19,183 nt of DNA from Octopus sinensis (Eukaryota): assembly GCF_006345805.1 (NCBI RefSeq), contig NW_021824314.1, positions 1 to 19,183 on the forward strand. Reading direction: 5' to 3'. The position numbers and the translations under genes are program-made. The notes below the pieces were generated by a model. The model saw only the letters and a program-made list of their open reading frames with translations. It ran no database searches and was not told the DNA's origin. The first letter of the stretch is position 1. Every line of letters starts with the position of its first letter. This document shows, piece by piece, positions 18,448 to 19,183 of this stretch.

Positions 18448-18619
18448 TTTGAAAGAAAAAGGTAATATTGAATAACATGACACTACATACAGTTAAAATA
18501 TTATCGGGATGGTCGTCAGTGGAACGTCTTTGATCAGGATTGACTTAGTGCTAAGAAACAGTAAATGGATTTCCCATTAGCTCACCGAACTGGAATGAGA
18601 ATGGTTGAATATTCCAGTT

Positions 18620-18872
18620 ACATGCTTCGTTAACGTAATCTTCAGTCAAGTTTAGCATGACACAGTTTGTGACAAGGCTGCTGGACCTTTGAATTACAAG
18701 AACAAACCCCATTCCATGGGCTTCCACAGAGTTTCTATCAACTGAGATTCACTCACAAGGCCTGATTCGAGCGGATATTAGAGTAAAAGACACGCGTCCG
18801 AGATGCCTCGCAGTGAGATCGAACTCAGGACTTCGTCATTTCAAAGCGAATTTTCTAACCAATTGACCATGA
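18620..18872 (-). mobile_element. Old degenerate SINE: family B-like 5' part (18720-18872) next to a family C-like tail segment (18620-18705)
   Basis: CACTCACAAGGC...TAGAGTAAAAGACAC...CGCAGTGAGATCGAAC resembles 16635-16710. TTAACGTA...AGCATGACACAG...GTGACAAGGC...CCTTTGAATTACA resembles 17454-17520. Confidence 0.6.
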
Positions 18873-19004
18873 TGTGTCCACAACGATAGCAGTAAGGAAC
18901 AGCGACAACATCTGTTATAACGCCACAGCCAAAACTATAACAATATCTATAGCGGCGACTATAAGAACCACTACCACCATCACAACAGCAACAACGACAG
19001 TAGT

Positions 19005-19183
19005 GGAGGCGCAATGGCCCAGTGGTTAGGGCAGCGGACTCGCGGTCGTAAGAACGCTGTTTCGATTCCCAGACCGGCACCGTGAGTGTTTATTGAGCAA
19101 AAACACCTAAGCCCCACGAGGCTCCGGCGGAGAGGGGTGGTGAACCCCGCTGTGCTCTTTCGCCACAACTTCCTCTCACTCTT
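19005..19183 (+). mobile_element. SINE family C, 5' half (truncated by the window end)
   Basis: GGAGGCGCAATGGCCCAGTGGTTAGGGCAGCGGACTCGCGGTCGTAAGA...GTTTCGATTCCCAGACCGG; closely matches the reverse complement of 17540-17720. Confidence 0.92.

Noticed and set aside
17267-18483. ORFs such as MVFRLPLRSEFKFRR... and ...WESKPRSYDRESAALTTGPLRL recurring in the window
   Set aside because: They recur because they are translations of SINE copies, not paralogous genes.

Overview
Eukaryotic, AT-rich, repeat-dense non-coding DNA. It is most likely an intron or intergenic region of an octopus genome; this is inferred from SINE families that resemble, from memory, the octopus OK/OR1/OR2 retroposons. No intact host protein-coding gene is supported, and most ORFs in the track are microsatellite or SINE artefacts. 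The window contains a 5'-truncated, frameshifted L1/Tx1-type LINE (10055-13663, minus strand) inside a (GATA)n array, the 3' end of an R4/Dong-type LINE plus three more copies of its 3' UTR, and a mariner transposase relic. It also has a 417-bp MITE with 42-bp TIRs, at least four tRNA-derived SINE families (labelled A-D here) and many microsatellites. Most notable: (1) a tRNA-headed SINE carrying a Penelope-type minimal hammerhead ribozyme in a head-to-head palindrome (6425-6928); (2) a SINE that shares its 3' tail with the Tx1-type LINE and joins three times to the same base of its own tRNA-like head; (3) possible microsatellite targeting by both LINEs; (4) a ~350-bp near-perfect inverted SINE pair. 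All alignments and identities were judged by eye.
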